From: an uncultured Nitrospiraceae bacterium
GTDB lineage: Bacteria > Hydrogenedentota > Hydrogenedentia > Hydrogenedentales > SLHB01
Direction: 5' to 3'
DNA: 13,633 nt
NCBI GenBank assembly: GCA_964425145.1
Contig: CAYRLQ010000098.1
Location: forward strand, 1-13,633
A program made the translations under genes and the position numbers. Every line of letters starts with the position of its first letter. Position 1 is the stretch's first letter. The notes under the pieces are model-generated. The model saw only the letters and a program-made list of their open reading frames with translations. It was not told the origin of the DNA and searched no databases. This document shows positions 1-6,471 of this stretch, piece by piece.

Positions 1-232
1 GTCATTACGCCCATTTTACCACCAATCAACTTCGCACTATGCACTGTGCACCGTGCACCGTACACTGTCATTACGCCCATATTGCCACCAATCAACTTCG
101 CACTATGCACTGTGCACCGTACACTGTCATTACGCCCATTTTGTCACCAATCAACTTCGCACTATGCACTGTGCACCGTGCACTGTCATTACGCCCATTT
201 TACCACCAATCAACTTCGCACTATGCACTGTT
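1..232. repeat. Tandem direct repeat with a 59-bp unit, at least 4 copies (66, 59, 59 and 48 bp partial). The array begins at the window edge and probably continues upstream of it.
   Basis: Read directly. The unit gtcattacgcccattttaccaccaatcaacttcgcactatgcactgtgcaccgtacact recurs at 1, 67, 126 and 185 with a few substitutions and one 7-bp internal duplication (gcaccgt) in copy 1. There are no unique spacers between copies, so this is not a CRISPR array. Confidence 0.9.
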
Positions 233-932
233 AAACCCGGACCGCCAAAAAATGGAAATAAGGCAGGAACAGGAATTCCAGACCGTCAGTTAGTTCGACT
301 AACTCAGGTACGGCGAAGATCGAGTCGGGAAGGGCCGACTCCAAGGGCCGGGCCGGGTGAACGCCGCAGGCCACACGGAAGCCGGCGCGCATCAATTCCC
401 CGCCCAACTTGCGTCCGATTTCGATGTCGGCGCCATCGGCTGCAAGGGTCTCAGCAAGCCGTCCCATTTGTCCGTGTTCGGTCGGATGCTCCACCGCCCC
501 GCTGTAATCAGGCTCGGCGGCGGCGATAAGATGCCCGCCGGGAGCGAGAACGCGCCTGAGCTCTGCGAGAATCTCCTTCAAGGGGCGCGCCCAGAGGAAG
601 AACATCTGCGTGAAGACCAGATCGAATGTTGCGTTTTGAAAAGGCAGCGACTCGGCCTGGCCGGCAACGCGCCTCCCGGCGGCGAGACGCAGCGTGCCGA
701 TCTCAGAGTCCACACCTACCGCGAAGCCCCGCGCGCGGCGATCGAGTTCGCAAAGGGTCTCGCCAGTGCCCGCGCCAAGGTCCAGCACACGCCTCTTGGA
801 GGCGATGTTGACCTTGCGCAGCAGCCTGCTGCGCTCGCCGGCAAACCAGGCTGCCTGGCGCCGATAAATCTTTTGCAGGTCCGCGGGCTTCAAGGACTTC
901 CCCTCTAACAACCGGGAACTGACGACTAGCAA
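231..932 (-). CDS. Class I SAM-dependent methyltransferase (Methyltransf_11/25-like), last gene of the operon. TTG start as given in the ORF track; the exact start is uncertain.
   Basis: Translation contains the glycine-rich SAM-binding motif I VLDLGAGTGE, the acidic post-I residue in GVDSE, and LAPGGHLIAAAEP (motif III/post-II), a typical Rossmann-fold MTase layout. A 7-bp gap separates it from the upstream gene. Confidence 0.7.
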   Translation of the reverse strand: MLVVSSRLLEGKSLKPADLQKIYRRQAAWFAGERSRLLRKVNIASKRRVLDLGAGTGETLCELDRRARGFAVGVDSEIGTLRLAAGRRVAGQAESLPFQNATFDLVFTQMFFLWARPLKEILAELRRVLAPGGHLIAAAEPDYSGAVEHPTEHGQMGRLAETLAADGADIEIGRKLGGELMRAGFRVACGVHPARPLESALPDSIFAVPELVELTDGLEFLFLPYFHFLAVRV

Positions 933-939
933 CTATCAG

Positions 940-2775
940 CTACCGTCCGCCACCGGCGCAGGCGCAGGCGCAGGCGCAACCGGCGCAGGCACAGCCTCCT
1001 CCGCCTCCGCCTCCGCTGCCGCCGCCCTCGGACAGTTGTGAGAGAAAGTCGCTGGTGAACTGGTCGAAGCGGGAGAGGTCGAGGCCGCCTTTGGCGGTTC
1101 TGCCTAGCGAGTCGAGGCTGCCCGCCAAGCTGCTACACGTGTTCTCCAGGCGCCCGGCCAGCGAGTTCGCCACATCGCCGAAGGACGTAGCCGGTGTGCT
1201 TGGGCCACGGGATGCACCGGCTCGCCCGGGCGCGGCAGTGTAGGTTCCGTGGCCCCGGCCGTACCACCAGTGGGGATAATAGTGGTGGCCACCGCCGACA
1301 TCCCGGAGCTCGCGGTCCCAGTGGTCCTCCAGCATCAGCCAGCCCAGGTGCTTGTCCACGCGCTTGAAGCCGGCCTCATAGCCGGCCTCGGTCTTTACCT
1401 GCTTCCAGGCCCGGGCGACGATGCGCTTGTAATAGTCACGGGTCTGCTTCAGGTCGAATCCGGCCATGGCGCCCATGGTAAACTTGATGAGGCAATCGAA
1501 CGCATCGTCCAGGTTTATCTCCTCGACCGTTTTCCCTTGCTGGGCCTGGAATGCGTGTATAAAGCCCTTTTCATAGTGCCTGAGCTTCCCGCGCTTTCCG
1601 TCGGGCCGCGTCCAGATGTCCCCTGGCGATTCCTCGCCGGTCACCTCCAGCTTGAGCGGTTTGTCATAGCGGACGCGGACCACGCCCTTCTTGGCCAGGC
1701 CGAAGATGACCATGGTCAACACCTTGTGAAGCGGCACATCGAGGAGGATGGCCGCCTCGACGGAGGTGAGGCCGCGCTTTATTCCACCGCCCTCGATGCA
1801 GAGCTCTGCGGGGAAGTAGCGCTCCTTGCGCCGCGCGCGGAGGATGTACGCCAGTACGCCGAGTGCCACTACGATCGGATACAGGCATAGGTGAAATGTG
1901 GGGCTACGGTACATGCCATAACCCAGAATGACCGTCAGGACGATGAGCACGGACCAGCCGGTCCCGCGAGTGGTCTGGAAGAAGATGATGGCGAAAATCA
2001 CGATGAGCGCAATGCCGCTGATAACCTGGGCTTCCCGGCTGTCCTTGAACCACCTGTTGAAGAGGCCCCAGAGGGTATCCTTTCGCACCGCGCTGACGTA
2101 GCGCTTGGGAAAGGATACGCCGAACACGTGTTTCCCGGTCAGGCGCACGGTGCGCACCCAGGCCGCCGAGACAACCTCCTCGCCTTCCATGACACCCTTG
2201 GCGCTGAATTCCTGGCCCTTCTTATGCCAGAGGATGTCGTCTTTCACGGCTGCATAGTCGGCCTTGGGTATGGGCAGCTTGTAGCGCAGAATCAACTTGG
2301 TATTGCCCACAACGTACTGAGACCCAAACCAGGTGGGCGTAAAACGGAAGGATGCCAGTTCGGGGTTGGTCGTGTCCTGCCAGACCATGTTGCGCTCGCG
2401 CGCGGTAAATTCGAAGACACCGGTTTGGCCCGGGCGGACGGTCTGCGGTCCCAGATGAATCTCGTAGCCGCACCCCTTGGGTTTGAGGTAGGTGGAAATC
2501 TTGATGCTGCTACGCGGAAGCGGCTGGCCGTTGACGCTCGCGCTGCCCGGTGTGTGCGGCGCCATGTTGGGCATGCCGATGTCGACGATGTCGATGGGAT
2601 GGGCGCCGCGGTTGCAACTGAACGTCAGCTTGTAATAGACCAGGGCCGAGCCGTCCTCCTCGATGGTTACGGTGACCTGCGCCTCCGGGACGGAGAATTT
2701 GTATTCCGCGGCCAGCGCGGCACGGGCAGGCATAAGGCCCAGGACCAAAAGTATAACGGGCGCGAGTCCCTTCAT
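940..2775 (-). CDS. DUF2207-like integral membrane protein: signal peptide, large extracytoplasmic domain, 3 TM helices, then a cytoplasmic tail ending in poly-Gly followed by a (Cys-Ala)n repeat.
   Basis: N-terminal signal peptide MKGLAPVILLVLGLMPARAALA. Hydrophobic helices at AQVISGIALIVIFAIIFF, WSVLIVLTVILGYGMY and LYPIVVALGVLAYIL. C-terminus ...SEGGGSGGGGGGGCACAGCACACACAGGGR. The overall architecture and Gly-rich tail are as in Pfam DUF2207 proteins; this family call is from memory, not a search. Its ATG lies 9 nt after a GGAGGG that forms the last codons of the upstream rSAM gene. Confidence 0.5.
   Translation of the reverse strand: MKGLAPVILLVLGLMPARAALAAEYKFSVPEAQVTVTIEEDGSALVYYKLTFSCNRGAHPIDIVDIGMPNMAPHTPGSASVNGQPLPRSSIKISTYLKPKGCGYEIHLGPQTVRPGQTGVFEFTARERNMVWQDTTNPELASFRFTPTWFGSQYVVGNTKLILRYKLPIPKADYAAVKDDILWHKKGQEFSAKGVMEGEEVVSAAWVRTVRLTGKHVFGVSFPKRYVSAVRKDTLWGLFNRWFKDSREAQVISGIALIVIFAIIFFQTTRGTGWSVLIVLTVILGYGMYRSPTFHLCLYPIVVALGVLAYILRARRKERYFPAELCIEGGGIKRGLTSVEAAILLDVPLHKVLTMVIFGLAKKGVVRVRYDKPLKLEVTGEESPGDIWTRPDGKRGKLRHYEKGFIHAFQAQQGKTVEEINLDDAFDCLIKFTMGAMAGFDLKQTRDYYKRIVARAWKQVKTEAGYEAGFKRVDKHLGWLMLEDHWDRELRDVGGGHHYYPHWWYGRGHGTYTAAPGRAGASRGPSTPATSFGDVANSLAGRLENTCSSLAGSLDSLGRTAKGGLDLSRFDQFTSDFLSQLSEGGGSGGGGGGGCACAGCACACACAGGGR
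955..1014. repeat. Hexanucleotide microsatellites inside the 3' end of the DUF2207 gene. (GGCGCA)n at 955..993 encodes the Cys-Ala repeat. (CTCCGC)n at ~994..1014 encodes the poly-Gly run.
   Basis: Read directly: ggcgcaggcgcaggcgcaggcgcaaccggcgcaggcacagcc followed by tcctccgcctccgcctccgct. Confidence 0.8.
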
Positions 2776-2781
2776 GGTCTC

Positions 2782-4191
2782 TTAACCCTCCGATGGACTG
2801 TCAGTGCACAGGAAGCGATCGCCGTCACTGAGCGGACAGCCCGAGCCGCACACCTCGAAGTCCGGACACTCGCGGCACGCGTCAGGGGCTGCATCGCGGC
2901 TGCGAACCTCGCGAAAAAGCGGGCTGTTCCAAATCGACTTCCACTCATCGTCCAGAATGTGGCCGACGGGCTTGTAGTAGCTCTGACATGGGATAACCCG
3001 CCCGTCGGGCTCGATGCAGATGTTGTACTCCGCGGCTGTGCAGCGCTTGAAACCCAGGCCGAAGGTCGTCGGGTTCAGTGTACAGTAGTGAGTGGGGGTG
3101 TACCAGATGAAACGGAGGCCGAGCTTTTCTGCCGTGCCCGTGACCTCGCCGAGAATGGGCTCGAGGTCCGCTTCCTCGATGCCCAGCCCCGATTGGGGGG
3201 CCTTGCCCGTGTATATCAGGGAGTTCATGGCGAATTGCCGCACGCCCAACTCCTTCAGGAACTCGATGGTCTTATCGATCGCTTCAACATTCAGCCTGCA
3301 CAGCGTCGTGTTGGTCACCAGGTAGAGGTCGTCATCGATGGCGTTCTTGATGCCCTGCACCGTCTCCTCGAACGCGCCGGGGCAGCCGACCATCTGGTCG
3401 TGGACCTGCTTATCGTGGCTCTCGATAGTGATTTGCACGTGGTCGAGGCCGGCGGCGCAGAGCTTCCTGACGTACTCGCGGTCAGCGAGCTTCCTGCCAT
3501 TGGTGAGGAGTCCGGTGATAATGCCGATGTCCTCGGCCCGCTCAGTGAGTTCCACGAGATGGGGGCTCAGCGTGGCCTCGCCGCCCGTGAAGCACACGTG
3601 GGGTACGCCTATGCCCCACAGCTTTTCGAGAACATGCTTCCACTCTCTCACGCCGAGAGGCTTTACTTCGTCCGGCCGGCGGGCGACATAGCAGTGCAGG
3701 CACTTGTTGTTGCAGGCGTACGTCAGCGCCAGGTCGGCACGGTAGGGCGCCGAGACCTTCCGACCGAAAGGCGGCACAGTGGATACACCCAAGTTGGCGA
3801 CCGGACAGGCGTCCTCCGTGGTCTCCAACTGCTCTACGACCTTGAGGACCTTCCCGTAGTCGCGCGCCACCTCCTCGTGGGCGGCCCGGTAGACCTTACG
3901 CACCGCCGCCACCGCCTCATCCCTGCTCTTGCCGTCGAGGACCTGCTTCATGAGCGCCACGGCGGTTGCGTTGAGGTGCAGCACACCGGACGCGTTCACA
4001 GCCAGAAGGCCCGAGCCGTCCGGGTCCACGCGCAGGTGCAGGCGCAGATAGCGGTCGGCCAATTCGCGGCGGTAATGATAGATGCCGGGCTGCACAGCCT
4101 CGGCACCGGCGAAGAGCCGTTGGAACTTCTCACGCAGGCCTACCATTTGGGTGCCTCCTCGATCTGGTACTCGGATTGGCAGAAAGGGCAT
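2782..4191 (-). CDS. Radical SAM / SPASM-domain enzyme with a fused N-terminal PqqD-like RRE (RiPP recognition element); a peptide- or protein-modifying maturase. Alternative start at 4146 (MVGLREK...), which overlaps the upstream stop in ATGGTAG.
   Basis: CX3CX2C radical-SAM cluster motif (ALTYACNNKCLHCYV). C-terminal SPASM signature CRECPDFEVCGSGC (CX2CX5CX3C), preceded by CTAAEYNICIEPDGRVIPC and followed by FLC. The N-terminal ~120 aa (LRVDPDGSGLLAVNASGVLHLNATAVALMKQVLDGKSRDEAVAAV) match the PqqD/RRE fold pattern. The same domain order is found in AlbA/SuiB/CteB-type enzymes. Confidence 0.85.
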   Translation of the reverse strand: MPFLPIRVPDRGGTQMVGLREKFQRLFAGAEAVQPGIYHYRRELADRYLRLHLRVDPDGSGLLAVNASGVLHLNATAVALMKQVLDGKSRDEAVAAVRKVYRAAHEEVARDYGKVLKVVEQLETTEDACPVANLGVSTVPPFGRKVSAPYRADLALTYACNNKCLHCYVARRPDEVKPLGVREWKHVLEKLWGIGVPHVCFTGGEATLSPHLVELTERAEDIGIITGLLTNGRKLADREYVRKLCAAGLDHVQITIESHDKQVHDQMVGCPGAFEETVQGIKNAIDDDLYLVTNTTLCRLNVEAIDKTIEFLKELGVRQFAMNSLIYTGKAPQSGLGIEEADLEPILGEVTGTAEKLGLRFIWYTPTHYCTLNPTTFGLGFKRCTAAEYNICIEPDGRVIPCQSYYKPVGHILDDEWKSIWNSPLFREVRSRDAAPDACRECPDFEVCGSGCPLSDGDRFLCTDSPSEG

Positions 4192-4487
4192 TTCACGAAG
4201 ATCGCCCCGGCCCGAACCGAAACGCTCTTTGCGTCGAGGGCCGCGCCGCAGCTCTTACAGTTGAGTTCTTCGAGTTGCACGTCGCCGGACAGGTCGATCT
4301 TTCGGGTAACGGTGACCTTGGTCTCTGGCACTTTCATCCGCAGGAAGTAGATCACGGCTATCCCCGCACCGGTCAGGATGCCGCCAAGAATCCAGCGCGG
4401 CCAAATGCCGCTGCTGGCTGCTGCAACGCAGAACATGAGGCCTAATAGCACTAACAAGCCGGCGAAAAGATACCCGACAATCTTCAT
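4140..4487 (-). CDS. Small membrane protein with two N-terminal TM helices and a C-terminal zinc ribbon (CxxC-x18-CxxC).
   Basis: Hydrophobic segments IVGYLFAGLLVLLGLMFCVAAA and ILGGILTGAGIAVIYFL. Zinc ribbon CKSCGAALD...KCPFCQ. ATG at 4487, 17 nt after the stop of the SPFH gene. Its stop overlaps the 4146 start of the rSAM gene. Confidence 0.6.
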   Translation of the reverse strand: MKIVGYLFAGLLVLLGLMFCVAAASSGIWPRWILGGILTGAGIAVIYFLRMKVPETKVTVTRKIDLSGDVQLEELNCKSCGAALDAKSVSVRAGAIFVKCPFCQSEYQIEEAPKW

Positions 4488-4504
4488 CAGGACACCGCTC
4501 CGCG

Positions 4505-5698
4505 TTACGAATTACCAGGTTGGTCCGGCGCAGTTGGATGCACCGGCGGCGCCTCGAGGTTCTGGCCGCAGTCGGGGCAGAACTTGCTGCCCGCGGGGCT
4601 GATCGCCTGGCAGGCAGGGCATACCTCCGGCCCGATCTTAGCACCGCAACTCGAGCAGAACTTGCTATTGGGGTCGATGTCCGCCCCGCATTTGGGGCAC
4701 TTGGCCGTCGTCTCGCCGCTCAGGGGCTTGCCGCAGCCGGCGCAGAACCTGGCGGCGGGCGCATTCTGGTGCTTACAGGCCGGGCAAATCGAGACGCCCG
4801 TGGCCTGGGCCGCGCCGAGTTGCCCCCCCATCACGCCGCCAAGCATCCCGGGCATCATGTGGCCTACGCCGAAGCCGAGGCCCAGCCCCATGCCGGCGCC
4901 CATGATCTGCCCGGCGCCGCCCTCACTCTCGGCGGCCTTCTCGAGCGTGTCGAAGGTGCGTTTCATGCGGTACTTGTCCTCGCCCATGATGTCGATGTCC
5001 GCGCGCGCCGAGAGCGACTGTTTGAGCTTTACTACCGTCGCGTCATCTTCGGGCACGTCGATGGACATCAGCAGGAAGTCGGTGATCTCGAGGCCGTACT
5101 TGGTGAAATTCTCGGCCGTGCGGGCCTTACCGACGGCGGAGGCTTCCTCGAGGTAGGCGGCGATCTCGACGACTGACACCCGCTGCTTGATGATCACCTC
5201 GGCGATGTAATCCTTGAGCCGGGTGGTAATCGCTCCCTTCAGGTAGGTGCTGATGTCCTCGGTGGTGTAGAGTCGGTTTTGGCCGCAGATCACCGTTACG
5301 AAGGTCTTGGAATCGGCCACGCGCATGCCGAAGATGCCGAAGCAGCGCACAGGAACGACCACGTTGAACCTGGGGTCCATCACCTGGATGGGCGCCCGGG
5401 TGCCGAACTTGATGTCTGGAACAGTGCTCTTACTGACGAAGTAGACCTCGGCCGTAAAGGGCGTCTGGCCACCGAAAGGCAGAGCGATCAGTTCCCTAAG
5501 ACCCGGCAAATTGGCCGTGCTCAGCGTGTGCCGTCCAGGCCCGAACACGTCCAGCCCACGGCCCTCCCGGAAGATGACCGCATCCTGGGTTTCGTTCACG
5601 ATCACTTGGGTGGCGGTCGACAAGTTGTCCTGCGGGAACTTCCAGACCAGTTCGCGCGGGCTACCCTCGAACTTGACCCTGTCGATGAATGCGGCCAT
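4505..5698 (-). CDS. SPFH/band-7 (stomatin/prohibitin/flotillin) family protein with a Gly/Met-rich linker and three tandem C-terminal double zinc ribbons; COG4260 / Bacillus subtilis YdjI-like.
   Basis: N-terminal VWKFPQDNLSTATQVIVNETQDAVIFREGR and the following β-rich SPFH core resemble YdjI-type proteins (from memory). A low-complexity GAGMGLGLGFGVGHMMPGMLGGVMGG linker follows. Three repeats of CPxC-x10-12-FCxxCG follow: CPACK...FCAGCG, CPKCG...FCSSCG, CPACQ...FCPDCG. Strong SD AAGGAGGG lies 6 nt upstream of the ATG. Confidence 0.7.
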   Translation of the reverse strand: MAAFIDRVKFEGSPRELVWKFPQDNLSTATQVIVNETQDAVIFREGRGLDVFGPGRHTLSTANLPGLRELIALPFGGQTPFTAEVYFVSKSTVPDIKFGTRAPIQVMDPRFNVVVPVRCFGIFGMRVADSKTFVTVICGQNRLYTTEDISTYLKGAITTRLKDYIAEVIIKQRVSVVEIAAYLEEASAVGKARTAENFTKYGLEITDFLLMSIDVPEDDATVVKLKQSLSARADIDIMGEDKYRMKRTFDTLEKAAESEGGAGQIMGAGMGLGLGFGVGHMMPGMLGGVMGGQLGAAQATGVSICPACKHQNAPAARFCAGCGKPLSGETTAKCPKCGADIDPNSKFCSSCGAKIGPEVCPACQAISPAGSKFCPDCGQNLEAPPVHPTAPDQPGNS

Positions 5699-5735
5699 TT
5701 CCAGCCCTCCTTGTGTCGTTGCCAGTTGCTAGTGG

Positions 5736-6263
5736 TCAGGTAGCGGCAGGTGACGACCAGCCACCCGCAACCTCTCCTAGGCATTTCTTTCGTTGATCGA
5801 ACTGGCGCTCAAATGTCGCCAACGCGGCCTCGAGCCGGTCTGGACCCATCTCCAGCACTACATCGGCGGCGCCCTCGACCTCGGCAAGCTGTTCAAACAT
5901 GCAGCGGTCGTAGGCCAGAAGCCGCGCCAGGTCCTGCTGGCGTATTTTGACCTTGGCGGAAATCGCGCTGTGACCGTAATCGGCGAAGCGCACCTTGTTG
6001 GCGGCCTTGTCGACCAGGTTGAGCAAACGCTCGAGAGCGGCGAGCCCTGCGCCCGCGCGGACATCTTCGCCCGCCGCCTTGATGGCCTTGTTCACCGGTG
6101 TTTTGGCCTCAGACAGCCGCCGGGCGATCTCATCGCGAATCATCTTATCAGCTTCCCAGATGGTGGTATTCTCGAGATATCCCCGGAACACAGGGACCTG
6201 TGCCATTTGCTCGGCGAGCCATCCCCGGTCGGCTTTCATCCGCTGCAGAAGCTTGTCTTCCAT
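5736..6263 (-). CDS. Hypothetical all-alpha-helical cytoplasmic protein (175 aa), first gene of the operon. Start moved to the internal ATG at 6263, which is preceded by GGGAGGAGG.
   Basis: The ORF track gives 5736..6323, but the ATG at 6263 (MEDKLLQRMK...) has a near-perfect Shine-Dalgarno GGAGGAGG 6 nt upstream. No recognised domain; predicted helical and charged. It lacks the PspA/IM30 N-terminal signature. Confidence 0.5.
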   Translation of the reverse strand: MEDKLLQRMKADRGWLAEQMAQVPVFRGYLENTTIWEADKMIRDEIARRLSEAKTPVNKAIKAAGEDVRAGAGLAALERLLNLVDKAANKVRFADYGHSAISAKVKIRQQDLARLLAYDRCMFEQLAEVEGAADVVLEMGPDRLEAALATFERQFDQRKKCLGEVAGGWSSPAAT

Positions 6264-6399
6264 TTCAGACCTCCTCCCGGAATGGGCCGGCGCCTCCGGT
6301 TGCGAAACGACGAGCACGAGCACGTATGGATTGACACGTCTAGTGTCCCCGGCACTCGATTACTCCACAAGCACCCCGTCGCGCCATGGAACCGATCCC

Positions 6400-6445
6400 T
6401 CATAATTTTAACCTATTTGCAGACAAATAACTATAACCCTCGCTT
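6400..6445 (-). promoter_or_regulatory. Candidate sigma70-like promoter region for the six-gene operon, in an AT-rich island between the murA stop and the operon's first gene.
   Basis: Minus strand reads ...agggttatagttatttgtctgcaaataggttaaaattatgagg...; a TAAAAT -10-like hexamer with an upstream T-rich region, but no clean TTGACA at ideal spacing. The only AT-rich patch in the 208-bp leader. Confidence 0.25.
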
Positions 6446-6471
6446 TGTGAAATATCCCTGGGACAAGCAAG

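Noticed and set aside
1-232. Possible CRISPR array
   Set aside because: The 59-bp units are directly adjacent with no unique spacers, and the unit is longer than CRISPR repeats. This is a tandem minisatellite rather than a repeat-spacer array.
286-305. Palindrome gttagttcgactaac as a terminator
   Set aside because: It lies inside the methyltransferase coding region and has no U-tract. Likely coincidental.
357-908. Plus-strand ORFs 357..908, 53..529 and 626..811 overlapping the methyltransferase gene
   Set aside because: Antisense or out-of-frame to a gene with clear SAM-MTase motifs. Their translations are Arg/Ala/Pro-rich low complexity.
1891-4350. 819-aa plus-strand ORF spanning the rSAM and DUF2207 loci
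   Set aside because: Antisense to two well-supported minus-strand genes with clear motifs. Its translation is Arg/Ala/Gly/Val-rich low complexity with no recognisable domain. This is a typical stop-poor antisense frame in high-GC DNA.
5736-6323. First operon gene as a PspA/IM30 homologue (suggested by the YdjI-like neighbour)
   Set aside because: It lacks the conserved PspA N-terminal amphipathic helix/coiled-coil signature and is ~175 aa rather than ~220. Kept as a hypothetical helical protein.
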